Of a stretch of DNA of 64,000 bases, positions 1 to 9,204 are shown piece after piece (position 1 is the first letter of the stretch; each line of letters begins with the position of its first letter). The notes beneath the pieces are model-generated. The model was not told where the DNA came from, made no database searches, and saw only the letters and a program-made list of their open reading frames with translations. The DNA lies in the NCBI GenBank assembly GCA_963716205.1, contig OY970290.1, forward strand, positions 452,911 to 516,910. Reading direction: 5' to 3'. This DNA comes from an uncultured bacterium (GTDB lineage Bacteria > Patescibacteriota > Minisyncoccia > Phycocordibacterales > GWA1-40-21). The position numbers and the translations under genes were made by a program.

Positions 1-35
1 TCAATAATTATTTGGAGAAACAAAAAAAGAAATAA

Positions 36-1031
36 TTATAAGCTGAAATTTTTCACTGAATATAATTCTTCGTCGCTTTTTTCTTCAATATCCTTTTCGT
101 CATTCATCATTTCGGCTTCGGTATCATCAAGTTTCGGCAGAGATTCGATAGTACCGGTCTCTGCGATATGTTTATCTAAAAGTTCGTCAACTTTTCTTTT
201 TTTCTGCGAATTGACCATGTCGAGTATCGCCCGCGCGTCATCATTGGAAAAGAAATCAATGGTAATTGTCCCGCCTTTCTCGCTTTTTGCAATGTGGACT
301 CTCGTGCCGAGCGATTCTGCGAATTTTTCTTCAAGCGCGGAAAGTTCCGGATCAAAAAGAGTTTCTTTTTTCCTTGATTTCTCAACAGCGATTTTCCTGG
401 CTATCAATTCGGCATCGCGGACGGTGATTTTTTTATACACGATTTCTTTGAAAAGAGTTTCCTGCTCATCCTTCCTGTCGGAAAGCATCAAAAGTGGTCG
501 TGTATGACCTTCCATGATTTTGCCTTCGGAAATTGCAATCAGCATGTGTTCAGGCAAAGCAAGAATGCGCAAGCTGTTTGAAACATATTCCCTGCTTCTG
601 CCGATTTTTGCGGCGATTTGCGTGTGTTTGAGTCCGAAATCATCGACGAGCTTCTGGAATGCTTTTGCACGATCCACGCAATTCAAATCCTCCCTCTGCA
701 GATTTTCAATGATCGCAAGCTCGAGCTTCATCAAGTCCGACTCCTCGTGCGAGCGAATGACGACCGGTATCTGCTTGATGCTGGCGATTTTCGATGCGCG
801 CAATCTTCTTTCGCCGGAGATAAGCTCGTATTCAACGACAAGCCCGCCGTCTTCTTTAACAATTTCTTTTCGCGTCACGACAATCGGCTGAAGCACGCCG
901 TATTGGCGGATGGAATCGGCAAGATCTTTGAGCTTGGATTCATCAAATTCCTTTCTCGGCTGGAAAGGATTGGGGTTTATTTTTTCAAGTTCAACCCAAA
1001 ATATGGAATCGTTATAAAACTGTGATGTCAT
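36..1031 (-). CDS. parB: ParB/Spo0J-family chromosome partitioning protein
   Basis: 331-aa ORF. N-terminal ParB box (PNPFQPRKEFD...LADSIRQYGVLQPIVV) and HTH region (GLKHTQIAAKIGRSREYVSNSLRIL). Confidence 0.85.
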   Translation of the reverse strand: MTSQFYNDSIFWVELEKINPNPFQPRKEFDESKLKDLADSIRQYGVLQPIVVTRKEIVKEDGGLVVEYELISGERRLRASKIASIKQIPVVIRSHEESDLMKLELAIIENLQREDLNCVDRAKAFQKLVDDFGLKHTQIAAKIGRSREYVSNSLRILALPEHMLIAISEGKIMEGHTRPLLMLSDRKDEQETLFKEIVYKKITVRDAELIARKIAVEKSRKKETLFDPELSALEEKFAESLGTRVHIAKSEKGGTITIDFFSNDDARAILDMVNSQKKRKVDELLDKHIAETGTIESLPKLDDTEAEMMNDEKDIEEKSDEELYSVKNFSL

Positions 1032-1108
1032 GTGCTTGATATATTATCACATAAAATTATTTAACAAAAATTGATTTTTGTTCATAAATCGTATATTATT
1101 GGCAAATT

Positions 1109-1190
1109 GCCGGGATGGCGGAATTGGTAGACGCACACGACTCAAAATCGTGCGACGCAAGTCATGGGAGTTCGATTCTCCCTCCCGGCA
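1109..1190 (+). tRNA. tRNA-Leu (anticodon CAA)
   Basis: Cloverleaf read by eye. Acceptor GCCGGGA/TCCCGGC, anticodon stem CACGA/TCGTG with loop CTCAAAA, long variable arm, T-arm GGGAG-TTCGATT-CTCCC. Confidence 0.8.
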
Positions 1191-1202
1191 CAATTGTTTT
1201 AT

Positions 1203-2090
1203 ATGAATAAACCAAAAATTCTTATTATTCTTGGTCCGACTGCCACCGGTAAAAGCGATGTTGCAGTTCAGATTGCAAAGAAATTCAATAGCGAGATAAT
1301 TTCTGCTGATTCGCGTCAAGTCTATAAAGGAATGAATCTCGGCAGCGGCAAAATTACTGAAAGTGAAATGCGAGAGATTTCTCATCATCTGCTTGATGTC
1401 GCAAATCCAAAAACCATTTTTTCCGTATCAAAATACAAACAGCTCGCTGAAAAAGCCATTCAAAAAATAACCGCAAAAAACAAATTACCGATCATTGTCG
1501 GCGGCACCGGATTTTATATAGACAGCATTGCAAAAAATATCCAATTGCCTGAAGTAAAACCAAATAAAAAATTACGAAAAGGATTAGAGAAAAAGTCTGC
1601 GGAAGTTTTATTCAAAATGCTGAAAAAGCTCTTCCCTCCCCGCGCGAAAAATATTGATAAGCACAATAAAGTTCGTTTGATTCGCGCAATCGAAATAGCA
1701 AAAGCTCTCGGCAATATTCCAAAAATAAAAAAATTGCCCAACAAATACAATTTCATTTTTATCGGACTTGATCTGCCGGATGCGATTTTAAAAAAGCGAA
1801 TTGCCCTGCGCCTTGAAAAACGTCTGAAACTCGGCATGGTTCGAGAAGTGCAAAAACTCCGCCAGCAAGGCATTTCCTGGAAACGATTGGAATCATTCGG
1901 GCTTGAATATAGAAATGTCGCTCTTTTTCTGCAAAAGAAAATTACACGAAGGCAAATGATTAAAAATCTTCAAAAAGAAATTTGGCATTTCGTAAAGCGC
2001 CAGAGAACCTGGTTCAAAAGAAATAAAGAGATTAAATGGTTTGAACCGAGAGAGAAAAATAAAATGATCCGATTTATTAAAACCCAATAA
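1203..2090 (+). CDS. miaA: tRNA dimethylallyltransferase (MiaA)
   Basis: P-loop ILGPTATGKS and conserved SADSRQVYKGMNLGSGK. Start moved to the ATG at 1203 because the track ORF start (1164) overlaps tRNA-Leu. Confidence 0.85.
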   Translation: MNKPKILIILGPTATGKSDVAVQIAKKFNSEIISADSRQVYKGMNLGSGKITESEMREISHHLLDVANPKTIFSVSKYKQLAEKAIQKITAKNKLPIIVGGTGFYIDSIAKNIQLPEVKPNKKLRKGLEKKSAEVLFKMLKKLFPPRAKNIDKHNKVRLIRAIEIAKALGNIPKIKKLPNKYNFIFIGLDLPDAILKKRIALRLEKRLKLGMVREVQKLRQQGISWKRLESFGLEYRNVALFLQKKITRRQMIKNLQKEIWHFVKRQRTWFKRNKEIKWFEPREKNKMIRFIKTQ

Positions 2091-2574
2091 TCTTTATTTT
2101 ATTAATGGGACCTTCGCCAATATGTTTGAAGCAGTTTGCAAGATTTTTCAGCCATAATTTTTTCTTCTCAACCATATCTCTAAATGTGAAAATATATAAT
2201 TTATCAAAACCGTTGTAGGATGAAAGCACTTTTACATCACCATTGACATGACAAAGAACAGTCGCAACATCATCAACAGGAATAATAACCCTTGCACTAA
2301 TCCTTTTTTTATCGAACATATCCTGGATAATTTCTTGATTCTTTTCCAAAATATCTCGAGCAAGCTGTTTTTCTTCAAATCTTTTAGTAACTCTCCCAAG
2401 CGGACCAAATCTAACTTTCCATCTTTTTTTCTCAAAAGCTTCATTAATTTTCTTTCCCCCACCAATTAAAACAACCGTAAAGTATTGTTTTGATATTTTT
2501 TGTATATACTCAATTGCTTTTTTATTTTTGAGCAATGAACCAGAAATTTTGATGAGGGCGTTTTGTTTTGCCAT
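2077..2574 (-). CDS. hypothetical protein with amino-acid-kinase-like motifs (KISGS / LIGGG)
   Basis: 165-aa ORF. Weak resemblance to the N-terminal nucleotide-binding part of the carbamate/amino acid kinase fold. Function uncertain. Confidence 0.4.
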   Translation of the reverse strand: MAKQNALIKISGSLLKNKKAIEYIQKISKQYFTVVLIGGGKKINEAFEKKRWKVRFGPLGRVTKRFEEKQLARDILEKNQEIIQDMFDKKRISARVIIPVDDVATVLCHVNGDVKVLSSYNGFDKLYIFTFRDMVEKKKLWLKNLANCFKHIGEGPINKIKIIGF

Positions 2575-2576
2575 AT

Positions 2577-2648
2577 GCGGGAGATGGAGGAATCGGACCT
2601 CCGACAGCGGTTTTGGAGACCGCAGTTATACCACTTAACTAATCTCCC
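2577..2648 (-). tRNA. tRNA-Trp (anticodon CCA)
   Basis: The reverse complement folds as GGGAGAT..GTTA-AGTGGTA-TAAC..GCGGT-CTCCAAA-ACCGC..GGAGG-TCCGATT-CCTCC..ATCTCCC. Anticodon CCA. Confidence 0.8.
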
Positions 2649-2711
2649 ATGCCGGTTCACTATAACAAAAAAAGACGGCGCGGGCAAAGCCCGCGTCGTC
2701 TTGATTGTATT

Positions 2712-2870
2712 TTATTTTTTTGCTTCCTTATGAATCGTATTTTTCTTGCACCATTTGCACCACTTTTTGAGCTCTATCTTACGCTCAACAAGCTTTTTAT
2801 TTTTTCTCGTCCAATAATTAACACGTTTACAGTTTGTGCAGGCAAGTTTTATCAGTTGTATTTGTTTCAT
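2712..2870 (-). CDS. rpmG: 50S ribosomal protein L33
   Basis: Missed by the track (52 aa). Hand translation of the minus strand gives MKQIQLIKLACTNCKRVNYWTRKNKKLVERKIELKKWCKWCKKNTIHKEAKK, a typical L33 with CxxC...CxxC. The tRNA-Trp-rpmG arrangement is conserved in bacteria. Confidence 0.8.
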   Translation of the reverse strand: MKQIQLIKLACTNCKRVNYWTRKNKKLVERKIELKKWCKWCKKNTIHKEAKK

Positions 2871-2930
2871 ATATTTAAATTTGATTTTGCGAGTATACCG
2901 TAAAAGCGAAGAAAATGCAATCCTAAAAAA

Positions 2931-4649
2931 TTATTTCAAATCCGTGGCGCTCGTATCCGGCACGATCGGTCTGACTTTCCAGAATTTTTGGTGAAGCGTG
3001 AGTATGGTTTCCTCAAGCTCTCGGCTTTTCAATAATTTGAGAATGACAACAAGAGCAATGATGCCGATAATTCCCGAGCAAAAACCCTGCATAAAAATAC
3101 CGGCAACTTTGTTGATATTGAAAATATTGTCAAACAAATTCAAACACAGATAGGAAACAAACCCCATGATGACCGATGCGGAAAAAGACTGAAACAGCGT
3201 CTTGAGGAGTGGAGACGAAAAGCCCGAATGCTCTTTTGCAAACCAAATCCACAAAATGATGCAGTTGATGATCTGCGCCAGAGAAAAACCAAGCGCCAGC
3301 ATCAGTATTTCCGTTCCGGGAATATCATCAACACGGAAAAGATGCTCGATGAAAAATCTGAAAATATTGGTGTTCTCAAAAATTTTCCAGAAAAGAAAGG
3401 AAAGTCCAATGGATAAGACTCCGGTGATCAAGCTGGCATATAAAGATTTTTTCGTATCGCCTTTTGCATAATATCCCCGGATAAAAATAAGCACGAGCGC
3501 CTGCGCAAGAATGGAAAAAGAGAATACAGCAAGAGCAGCGGCGGTCAACTTTGTGCCGTCCCAGCCGAATTTCCCCGCGCCATAAATAACTCTGACAATC
3601 TGGGCGCGAAGGACGATGAAAACGACACTGATTGGAATTGACCAAAAAATCGTATGCCGAAGCGCAGCGGAAATATGCGAAAGAAATTGTTCCTTTTGGT
3701 TTGTCGTAATGAATTTTGAAAGCGTTGGAAATGCGGCGAGCGAATACGAAACGCCGATGATGGAAAGCGGAACGCCTTGCAGATTATTGGAAAAATTAAA
3801 AACGGAAATGGAGCCGACGGTCATCAAAGATGCCATACCGACAAGCGCGAGCGTGGTGATTTGTGTCATACCAAGTGTAATGGTGCGCGGAATCGAAATC
3901 AAAAAAATATTTTTGATCAGTGGCCAGTCAAAATGAAACGGCCACGCTTTGAAAAGCCCGCTTTTGAAAACAAACGGTAATTGAATCGCCAAATGCATGA
4001 TTGTGCCAAGAATGACGCCGTATGCAAGACCGTAAATGCCGAAAATCGGATAGAAAAATATTGCACCGAAAATAATGCCGAGATTATAGACGAGTGGACT
4101 CAAAGCATAGACAAGAAAACGTTTTCCCACCTGTGTAATGCTTGCCAAAAAATTTGAAATGCCGAGAAAGATCGGCGAGAGAAGCAAAATGCGCGCCATG
4201 TGGATCAATGTCGCTTTATCGGCAATGCCGGGAAAAATCTTTGGAGCGAGAAACGGCATCAGGAAAAATCCAACAATACTCGCGCCGACAATCAAAAGCG
4301 AAAAGAAAGAAAAAATCGTATTGATGAAATATTTTGTCTCTTCGGTGGATTTTTCCAATCGATAGGTGATGAACGGAACGAGAACTGAAATGGAAACAAT
4401 AGAGCCGACTGTGGCAAAAATAAAATCAGGAATTTCAAAAGCGGAATAATAAATATCGAGCGTATGGCCGATGCCGAACGAAGTCGCAAGAACACGGTCT
4501 CTCAAAAGAGCCAGTATCTGCGATAAAAAAGCAAAAAAAGCGAGCAGATATGCGGCTTCATGCAGTCCTTCTATTTTCTTGTAGAACATGCCGAAAAAAG
4601 TTTTGACTTTGACCATGGTATCGTAATGTGTTTCTAGTATAGCGTACAT
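2931..4649 (-). CDS. murJ: lipid II flippase MurJ (MOP superfamily, multi-TM)
   Basis: N-terminal MurJ signature LLRDRVLATSFGIGHTLDIYYSAFEIPDFIF and about 14 hydrophobic segments. The true start may be the internal Met (MFYKKIEG, near 4589). Confidence 0.75.
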   Translation of the reverse strand: MYAILETHYDTMVKVKTFFGMFYKKIEGLHEAAYLLAFFAFLSQILALLRDRVLATSFGIGHTLDIYYSAFEIPDFIFATVGSIVSISVLVPFITYRLEKSTEETKYFINTIFSFFSLLIVGASIVGFFLMPFLAPKIFPGIADKATLIHMARILLLSPIFLGISNFLASITQVGKRFLVYALSPLVYNLGIIFGAIFFYPIFGIYGLAYGVILGTIMHLAIQLPFVFKSGLFKAWPFHFDWPLIKNIFLISIPRTITLGMTQITTLALVGMASLMTVGSISVFNFSNNLQGVPLSIIGVSYSLAAFPTLSKFITTNQKEQFLSHISAALRHTIFWSIPISVVFIVLRAQIVRVIYGAGKFGWDGTKLTAAALAVFSFSILAQALVLIFIRGYYAKGDTKKSLYASLITGVLSIGLSFLFWKIFENTNIFRFFIEHLFRVDDIPGTEILMLALGFSLAQIINCIILWIWFAKEHSGFSSPLLKTLFQSFSASVIMGFVSYLCLNLFDNIFNINKVAGIFMQGFCSGIIGIIALVVILKLLKSRELEETILTLHQKFWKVRPIVPDTSATDLK

Positions 4650-4660
4650 TGCATGATACT

Positions 4661-4707
4661 CAAAAAAAATAAAAAGAAAAGGGCGCGCCTCTCAGCGTGC
4701 CCTCTCC
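4661..4707 (-). terminator. putative intrinsic terminator downstream of rnpB
   Basis: On the minus strand GAGAGGGCACGC...GCGCGCCC forms a GC-rich hairpin followed by a U-rich run (TTTTCTTTTTATTTTTTTT). Confidence 0.4.
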
Positions 4708-5061
4708 ATAAACCTTTTTACCTATAAGCCGAATTCTGTTGACCGCATTGCTGCGATCAGATAGCCATCTATCTGGGACAACGATTGCTCATTGACTCAA
4801 GCGGCGCTCTCCAACCGAAGTCGGAGCACGGCCTTGCATTCAAGTAAGGATTTTGCCGTTACACTTTTTGAGTTGCCTCAAAAATTATCCTGCCTTGCGG
4901 CAGGATAGATTTTCCCTTTCGAAAAAATCCGTCACTGTTCGCACCTCTCGCGTTGCCGCGGACGGGCGTTACCCGCTACCCTTGTCCGACCGAAGTCGGA
5001 CTGAATGTTCGGACTTTCCTCTATCCGCTAAAAACGGACAGCAACTATCCAATAAAAAGGC
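4708..5061 (-). ncRNA. rnpB: RNase P RNA (bacterial type A)
   Basis: Minus strand carries GAGGAAAGTCCGAAC (P4 5' strand with bulged U), GGGTAACGCCCG (P10-12 region) and ACAGAATTCGGCTTATAG (P4 3' strand). The P1 candidate is CCTTTTTAT paired with GTAAAAAGG. Length about 350 nt, in a GC-rich non-coding stretch. Confidence 0.8.
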
Positions 5062-5108
5062 AATATTATTATATAATAATAATATAAATATTGCAAGCAA
5101 ACGATACA

Positions 5109-5414
5109 TCAAATAGTTCCGGTGATGATATTGATGATTCCTATTGCCGAAACCATAATAAAGATGCCTATAATGCCCCAGAGCATATGCTTCTGACCCT
5201 CCAGTCTTTTTTCCGGATCTGCTGCATTTTGAATGAATATCATCACGCCCCAAATAAAATATACTATTGCAAGCGCAAAGAAAAGATAAATGAGCGGAGT
5301 AATAATATCCGCCTTTACATTAGCAAAAAGCTTGGCAAACGTTATGCCCGTATTCGTGCCGCTTGGCGCAGGTATGCCTTGAGCATACGCTTTTTGGATT
5401 ATAAAATCCGGCAT
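5109..5414 (-). CDS. VirB2/TrbC-like pilin family small membrane protein (paralog 1 of 5)
   Basis: 101 aa. Two hydrophobic helices separated by a short charged loop (DPEKRLEGQKHMLWGIIGIFIMVS). Shares the ...xWGIxGIFxMxS core with the neighbouring paralogs. Confidence 0.55.
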   Translation of the reverse strand: MPDFIIQKAYAQGIPAPSGTNTGITFAKLFANVKADIITPLIYLFFALAIVYFIWGVMIFIQNAADPEKRLEGQKHMLWGIIGIFIMVSAIGIINIITGTI

Positions 5415-5420
5415 ACGGCT

Positions 5421-5774
5421 TTATATTGTTGGGATTTGGCTGCCGATATTTTCCTGAACACCGGAAGTACCGAAGGTTGACTGTAAGATCGCGACGAGTC
5501 CCCAAACTGAAACCATGATGAAAATGCCGACAATACCCCAGATCATGTCTGTCTTTGCCGCTTTCTTTGTTTCTTCATTCGTTGCAATCGTATATCGGAA
5601 AACCTGATAGATAAAGAAGACAACTGCGAGTGCAATAAGCAAAGGGACGACTCTATTTAATATTCCTCCGACAAAAGTGAACAAACCGCCGATACCCTGG
5701 CTTGGAGCATACGACTGAGCGAGAGCTATGACCGGAAAAACCGCGACGAGCGAACTTGCTAATATTCTTTTCAT
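5421..5774 (-). CDS. VirB2/TrbC-like pilin family protein (paralog 2)
   Basis: 117 aa. Signal peptide (MKRILASSLVAVFPVIALAQS), then TM1, a charged loop (NEETKKAAKTD) and TM2 (MIWGIVGIFIMVSVWGLVAIL). This topology is typical of T4SS pilins. Confidence 0.6.
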   Translation of the reverse strand: MKRILASSLVAVFPVIALAQSYAPSQGIGGLFTFVGGILNRVVPLLIALAVVFFIYQVFRYTIATNEETKKAAKTDMIWGIVGIFIMVSVWGLVAILQSTFGTSGVQENIGSQIPTI

Positions 5775-5888
5775 ATATAAATGATTACTGTTATTAAATA
5801 ATAAACTGACGCGACCTCGATTACAATGCCACTATTATAAATCTTGTTGAAGACATAATCAAGTGGATAAGTGAAATTCTGAGTATCG

Positions 5889-6470
5889 CTACTTTGGCTG
5901 ATTAATCGTCTGATTATTGCTCAATGAGTTGCCGAGAGAACTTTTCAATATGCTGACAATCCCCATGACGGAAAGCATGACGAATAAGCCGATAATTCCC
6001 CAGAGCATAAACTGCTTGCCCGAAGCCCTTTCCGTTTCATTTTCGGTCCGGACAAATTTGAATATACCATAGAGAAAGAAAATGACGGAAAGTGCAATGA
6101 GAATATCAATGACACTCGTATAAAAGCATCCAATGACAAGATTTTCGATAAGACTTTTGAAATCTTTCACTGCAGAAGGAGTGCAGGAAAAAGAAGATGC
6201 CGCTCCGCTTCCGTTCACCGGGTTTATGGAATTGACTGAAGAAGAATTGCCTGAAATCGAGTTTGCGCCGCAATAGCTCGCATCACCGACATGGTTTATG
6301 CAGTGCGGATCGTTGCCATTGGGATAAACCGCTAAGTTTGGATAGCAATAGCACGCGTAGGCGGTATGCGTTGCCGAAAAAAAAGAAGTAAAAACACCGA
6401 GTGCAACAAATGCTGAAATAATAAAAATTGAAATTTCGGATTTATGTTTCATGATGTTATGACTGCACAT
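5889..6470 (-). CDS. VirB2/TrbC-like pilin family protein with Cys-rich N-terminal extension (paralog 3)
   Basis: 193 aa. Signal peptide, then a Cys-rich insertion of about 80 aa (CYCYP...HCINH...YCG...SCTP), then a pilin core with ASGKQFMLWGIIGLFVMLSVMGIV. Confidence 0.55.
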   Translation of the reverse strand: MCSHNIMKHKSEISIFIISAFVALGVFTSFFSATHTAYACYCYPNLAVYPNGNDPHCINHVGDASYCGANSISGNSSSVNSINPVNGSGAASSFSCTPSAVKDFKSLIENLVIGCFYTSVIDILIALSVIFFLYGIFKFVRTENETERASGKQFMLWGIIGLFVMLSVMGIVSILKSSLGNSLSNNQTINQPK

Positions 6471-6813
6471 TCGTTATGGTGCCGACGACAATCGATGCAA
6501 TGACCTGCGCCCCGAGCAGGATGGCAACGCCGATGCAAGTATAGAAGAAAATATTTTTTGCTTCCTCAAGCCCTTTTTCATTCCCCCTCGCTTGGACAAA
6601 TTTGAATCCAGAATAAATAAAAGCGCATATCGCAATGACTCCGCCGACCTGGACCACATAGCCGAGAATTGTATGCACAAGATTTGGAATATTAGTAATT
6701 CCTGGTAATGGATTTTGAATCTGCGCAAAAGAAACGGACGGCATGAAAAATGCCAAAACTGAAGCTGAAAAAATAAAAACTCTTGCTTCTATCTGATTAT
6801 ATATATATTTCAT
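6457..6813 (-). CDS. VirB2/TrbC-like pilin family protein (paralog 4)
   Basis: 118 aa. Signal peptide ending FAQ, TM1 (ILGYVVQVGGVIAICAFIYSGFKFV), a charged loop (QARGNEKGLEEAKN) and TM2. Confidence 0.6.
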   Translation of the reverse strand: MKYIYNQIEARVFIFSASVLAFFMPSVSFAQIQNPLPGITNIPNLVHTILGYVVQVGGVIAICAFIYSGFKFVQARGNEKGLEEAKNIFFYTCIGVAILLGAQVIASIVVGTITNVQS

Positions 6814-6834
6814 CGCTGTTATTTTAATTAATAA

Positions 6835-7266
6835 TTAACTGCCAAAAAATTGCAAGGCGCCGCTTCCACTTTTGGCGCCGGTCAATGCTGCAATGACCGT
6901 ATGAATGACAAGCCATGCACATAATATGATAATCAGGCCGATAAGAGTTTTTTTGAACATATCAAGTGCTTCTGCTCTTTTGCTAGAATTGTTGGGATTA
7001 AAAATCATTTTGGCTCCGGCAACGGCAAAAGTAATCGCCGCCACGGAAACCGAAATTCCCAAAAACCAATTGATGATGTTGTTGACGAGCGTGGTAAGAT
7101 CGTTAAAATTGCAGTTATTCGTGCATGGGACCAAACCGCCAGTCGGACTACTGCCCTGCCCAGATTGCGCAAAAACAAATATCGGCACTGCCACAAAAAC
7201 AAAAACTGCAAATGGAAGGATTTTCTGAAAATTTCTCGTGCCTAAAATAGATTTTTTGTCAGTCAT
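6835..7266 (-). CDS. VirB2/TrbC-like pilin family protein (paralog 5)
   Basis: 143 aa. LVNNIINWFLGISVSVAAITFAVAGAKMIF closely parallels Agrobacterium VirB2 (MVNNICTFILGPF...), followed by a loop and a second TM. Confidence 0.65.
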   Translation of the reverse strand: MTDKKSILGTRNFQKILPFAVFVFVAVPIFVFAQSGQGSSPTGGLVPCTNNCNFNDLTTLVNNIINWFLGISVSVAAITFAVAGAKMIFNPNNSSKRAEALDMFKKTLIGLIIILCAWLVIHTVIAALTGAKSGSGALQFFGS

Positions 7267-7315
7267 TAGAGTATGTTTATTTTCTCATATTTTCCAAATA
7301 TTCTCAATGACGGTT

Positions 7316-8617
7316 TTACTGGAACAAATTGGAAAGCTCAGTGTCCGCTTTTTGAACGGCGCTGTCAACATCAAGATTGCCGGAGGTAACGTCACTGACC
7401 ATGCCGGAAAATATATTGCTGGTCGCCGCCATATCCGGATCAACCCATCCTTTTGCGATAAGCGCTGAATTGTAAAATACGGTTTTTTGCGGATCGGTCG
7501 TGCCTGCGGCAATCAAATCCGTTCGTGCCGGCACTCCGCCGCTGACATTAAGAAATTCGGAAACTGCAGGTGCGCTGGTCAGATTCGAAATCAGCGCAAA
7601 TGCATCCGCAGTGTTCGAAGAACTCTTCAAAAAAGCAAAACCATATAATTCTCCGAATGTCGTCTTGTCGGTCGTATTAAGCGTTTGCGGCACCATAGCA
7701 ACATCAAAATTCAAGTTTGGATTCTTGCTGGCGATATCGGACACTTCGGAAGCAAAGCCAAAATACATAGCAAGGTTTCCGGCAAGGAAATAATCTTTTG
7801 AATCCGGAAGCGAGCTGTTCCACGAATAAACGGATTTTTTCGGATTTGAATAATCCGTAAAAAATGTCAAAGCTGAAACAGCCGGAACAATCACTGCATC
7901 GGAAGATTTTTGGTATAGCTCTGATGCAAACGAGCCCGTGGAGCTGTCCGCGGAAACAATCGGGCTTCCCGCTTGCATGATAAGCATGGAAAGAATCGCC
8001 TTGGCATTGTTGACGTTGTCATATTCTCCGAAAGCCGTGGCGCTCTGTGTGATATTTCCGTTTTGATCAATAAGAGAAAACTTGTTCGCCAAAAGAGGAA
8101 ACTGCGACCAGTCTGTTGGTGGTGTGGCGACGCTGGCGCTTGCAAACATATCTTTGTTCCAATACATAACCATCGGATCGACAAAAAATGGCAAAGCAAA
8201 AATCCCCTGCGGCTGGATATACAGCTGCGCTTCCTGAATATACGTGTCCAAAAATGTTCTCTGCGGAATCGAAGTGATGAATGTAACTTTATCCAAATAT
8301 CGATCCATCAGCTCCTGCGGGATAAGAATGACATCCGGTCCCTTGCCGGTCGCAATAGCTTCGACGAGATCATTGTCTATCGTTGAAATACTGTGCTCAG
8401 TATACACAAGCTTCAACTGAATGTTGTCATCCTGCTCATATTTCGAAATAAAAGTATCAAACGTAGACTGATCCACCGTGCCCCAGATAGCAATCGTCGG
8501 CGCGCTGTTTGCGGTATTCGTCGATCGAAATGCAGAAAAAGCCACGAGCCCCGCAATGATGAAAAAAGCGAACACGCCTATCAGGATCATTTTAAATTTG
8601 TTGTTGCTTTTTTCCAT
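7316..8617 (-). CDS. ABC transporter extracellular solute-binding protein (family 1, sugar-type), membrane-anchored
   Basis: 433 aa. N-terminal TM anchor and SBP_bac_1-like periplasmic domain features. No cognate permease or ATPase lies adjacent. Confidence 0.65.
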   Translation of the reverse strand: MEKSNNKFKMILIGVFAFFIIAGLVAFSAFRSTNTANSAPTIAIWGTVDQSTFDTFISKYEQDDNIQLKLVYTEHSISTIDNDLVEAIATGKGPDVILIPQELMDRYLDKVTFITSIPQRTFLDTYIQEAQLYIQPQGIFALPFFVDPMVMYWNKDMFASASVATPPTDWSQFPLLANKFSLIDQNGNITQSATAFGEYDNVNNAKAILSMLIMQAGSPIVSADSSTGSFASELYQKSSDAVIVPAVSALTFFTDYSNPKKSVYSWNSSLPDSKDYFLAGNLAMYFGFASEVSDIASKNPNLNFDVAMVPQTLNTTDKTTFGELYGFAFLKSSSNTADAFALISNLTSAPAVSEFLNVSGGVPARTDLIAAGTTDPQKTVFYNSALIAKGWVDPDMAATSNIFSGMVSDVTSGNLDVDSAVQKADTELSNLFQ

Positions 8618-8629
8618 AGGATGAATCTA

Positions 8630-9163
8630 TTATACTTTTTTTCTGAAAATAATCCCATAATGATGCGCACCGGCTGAAACGATTTCTCTGTCTATCATAA
8701 AACCGTGTTTTTCAAAAAGTTTTTTCGCCGCATCCTCGGAAAAAACATGATCTGGATGCGGACCGAGATTGTTGAATGATGCAGACCAGTCGATAAGAAG
8801 CACGCGGCCGTTATTTTTCAGGATTCGCTTGATTTCAATGCAGGGATTGTCTTTGTTTTCAAATTGAAAAAAAACATTTGCTGCAATAATCACATCCATT
8901 GACTGATCATGGAGTTTCGTACCGCCGACATGTTCCAAATCCGCCCAGATAATTTCAATATTTTTCAAATGGCGAAGCTTTGCCTCATTTTTCACTTTTT
9001 CAAGTAAATCTTTTTGAACATCGATCGCATAGACTTCGCCGCCCTCGCCCACAGCCTGTGCCGCGGCAAAAGAATAATGTCCGGACCCTGCACCGAAATC
9101 CGCGACATACATGCCTTTTCCAAGACTGAATTGTTCTATATTTTTTACCGGATCTGAGAACAT
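8630..9163 (-). CDS. class I SAM-dependent methyltransferase
   Basis: Motif I VADFGAGSGHYS and an acidic motif II (YAIDV). Confidence 0.7.
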   Translation of the reverse strand: MFSDPVKNIEQFSLGKGMYVADFGAGSGHYSFAAAQAVGEGGEVYAIDVQKDLLEKVKNEAKLRHLKNIEIIWADLEHVGGTKLHDQSMDVIIAANVFFQFENKDNPCIEIKRILKNNGRVLLIDWSASFNNLGPHPDHVFSEDAAKKLFEKHGFMIDREIVSAGAHHYGIIFRKKV

Positions 9164-9204
9164 AATATAATATACTGAGAATATTATACCCTACTTTCTT
9201 TTTT

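Noticed and set aside
1164-1202. Track ORF start for miaA at 1164
   Set aside because: It overlaps the 3' half of tRNA-Leu. The internal ATG at 1203, just after the tRNA, gives a normal MiaA N-terminus (MNKPKILIILGPTATGKS).
4853-5253. ORFs 4853..5116 (+) and 4969..5253 (-)
   Set aside because: They lie within the RNase P RNA gene. They are GC-rich structured RNA with no coding signal.
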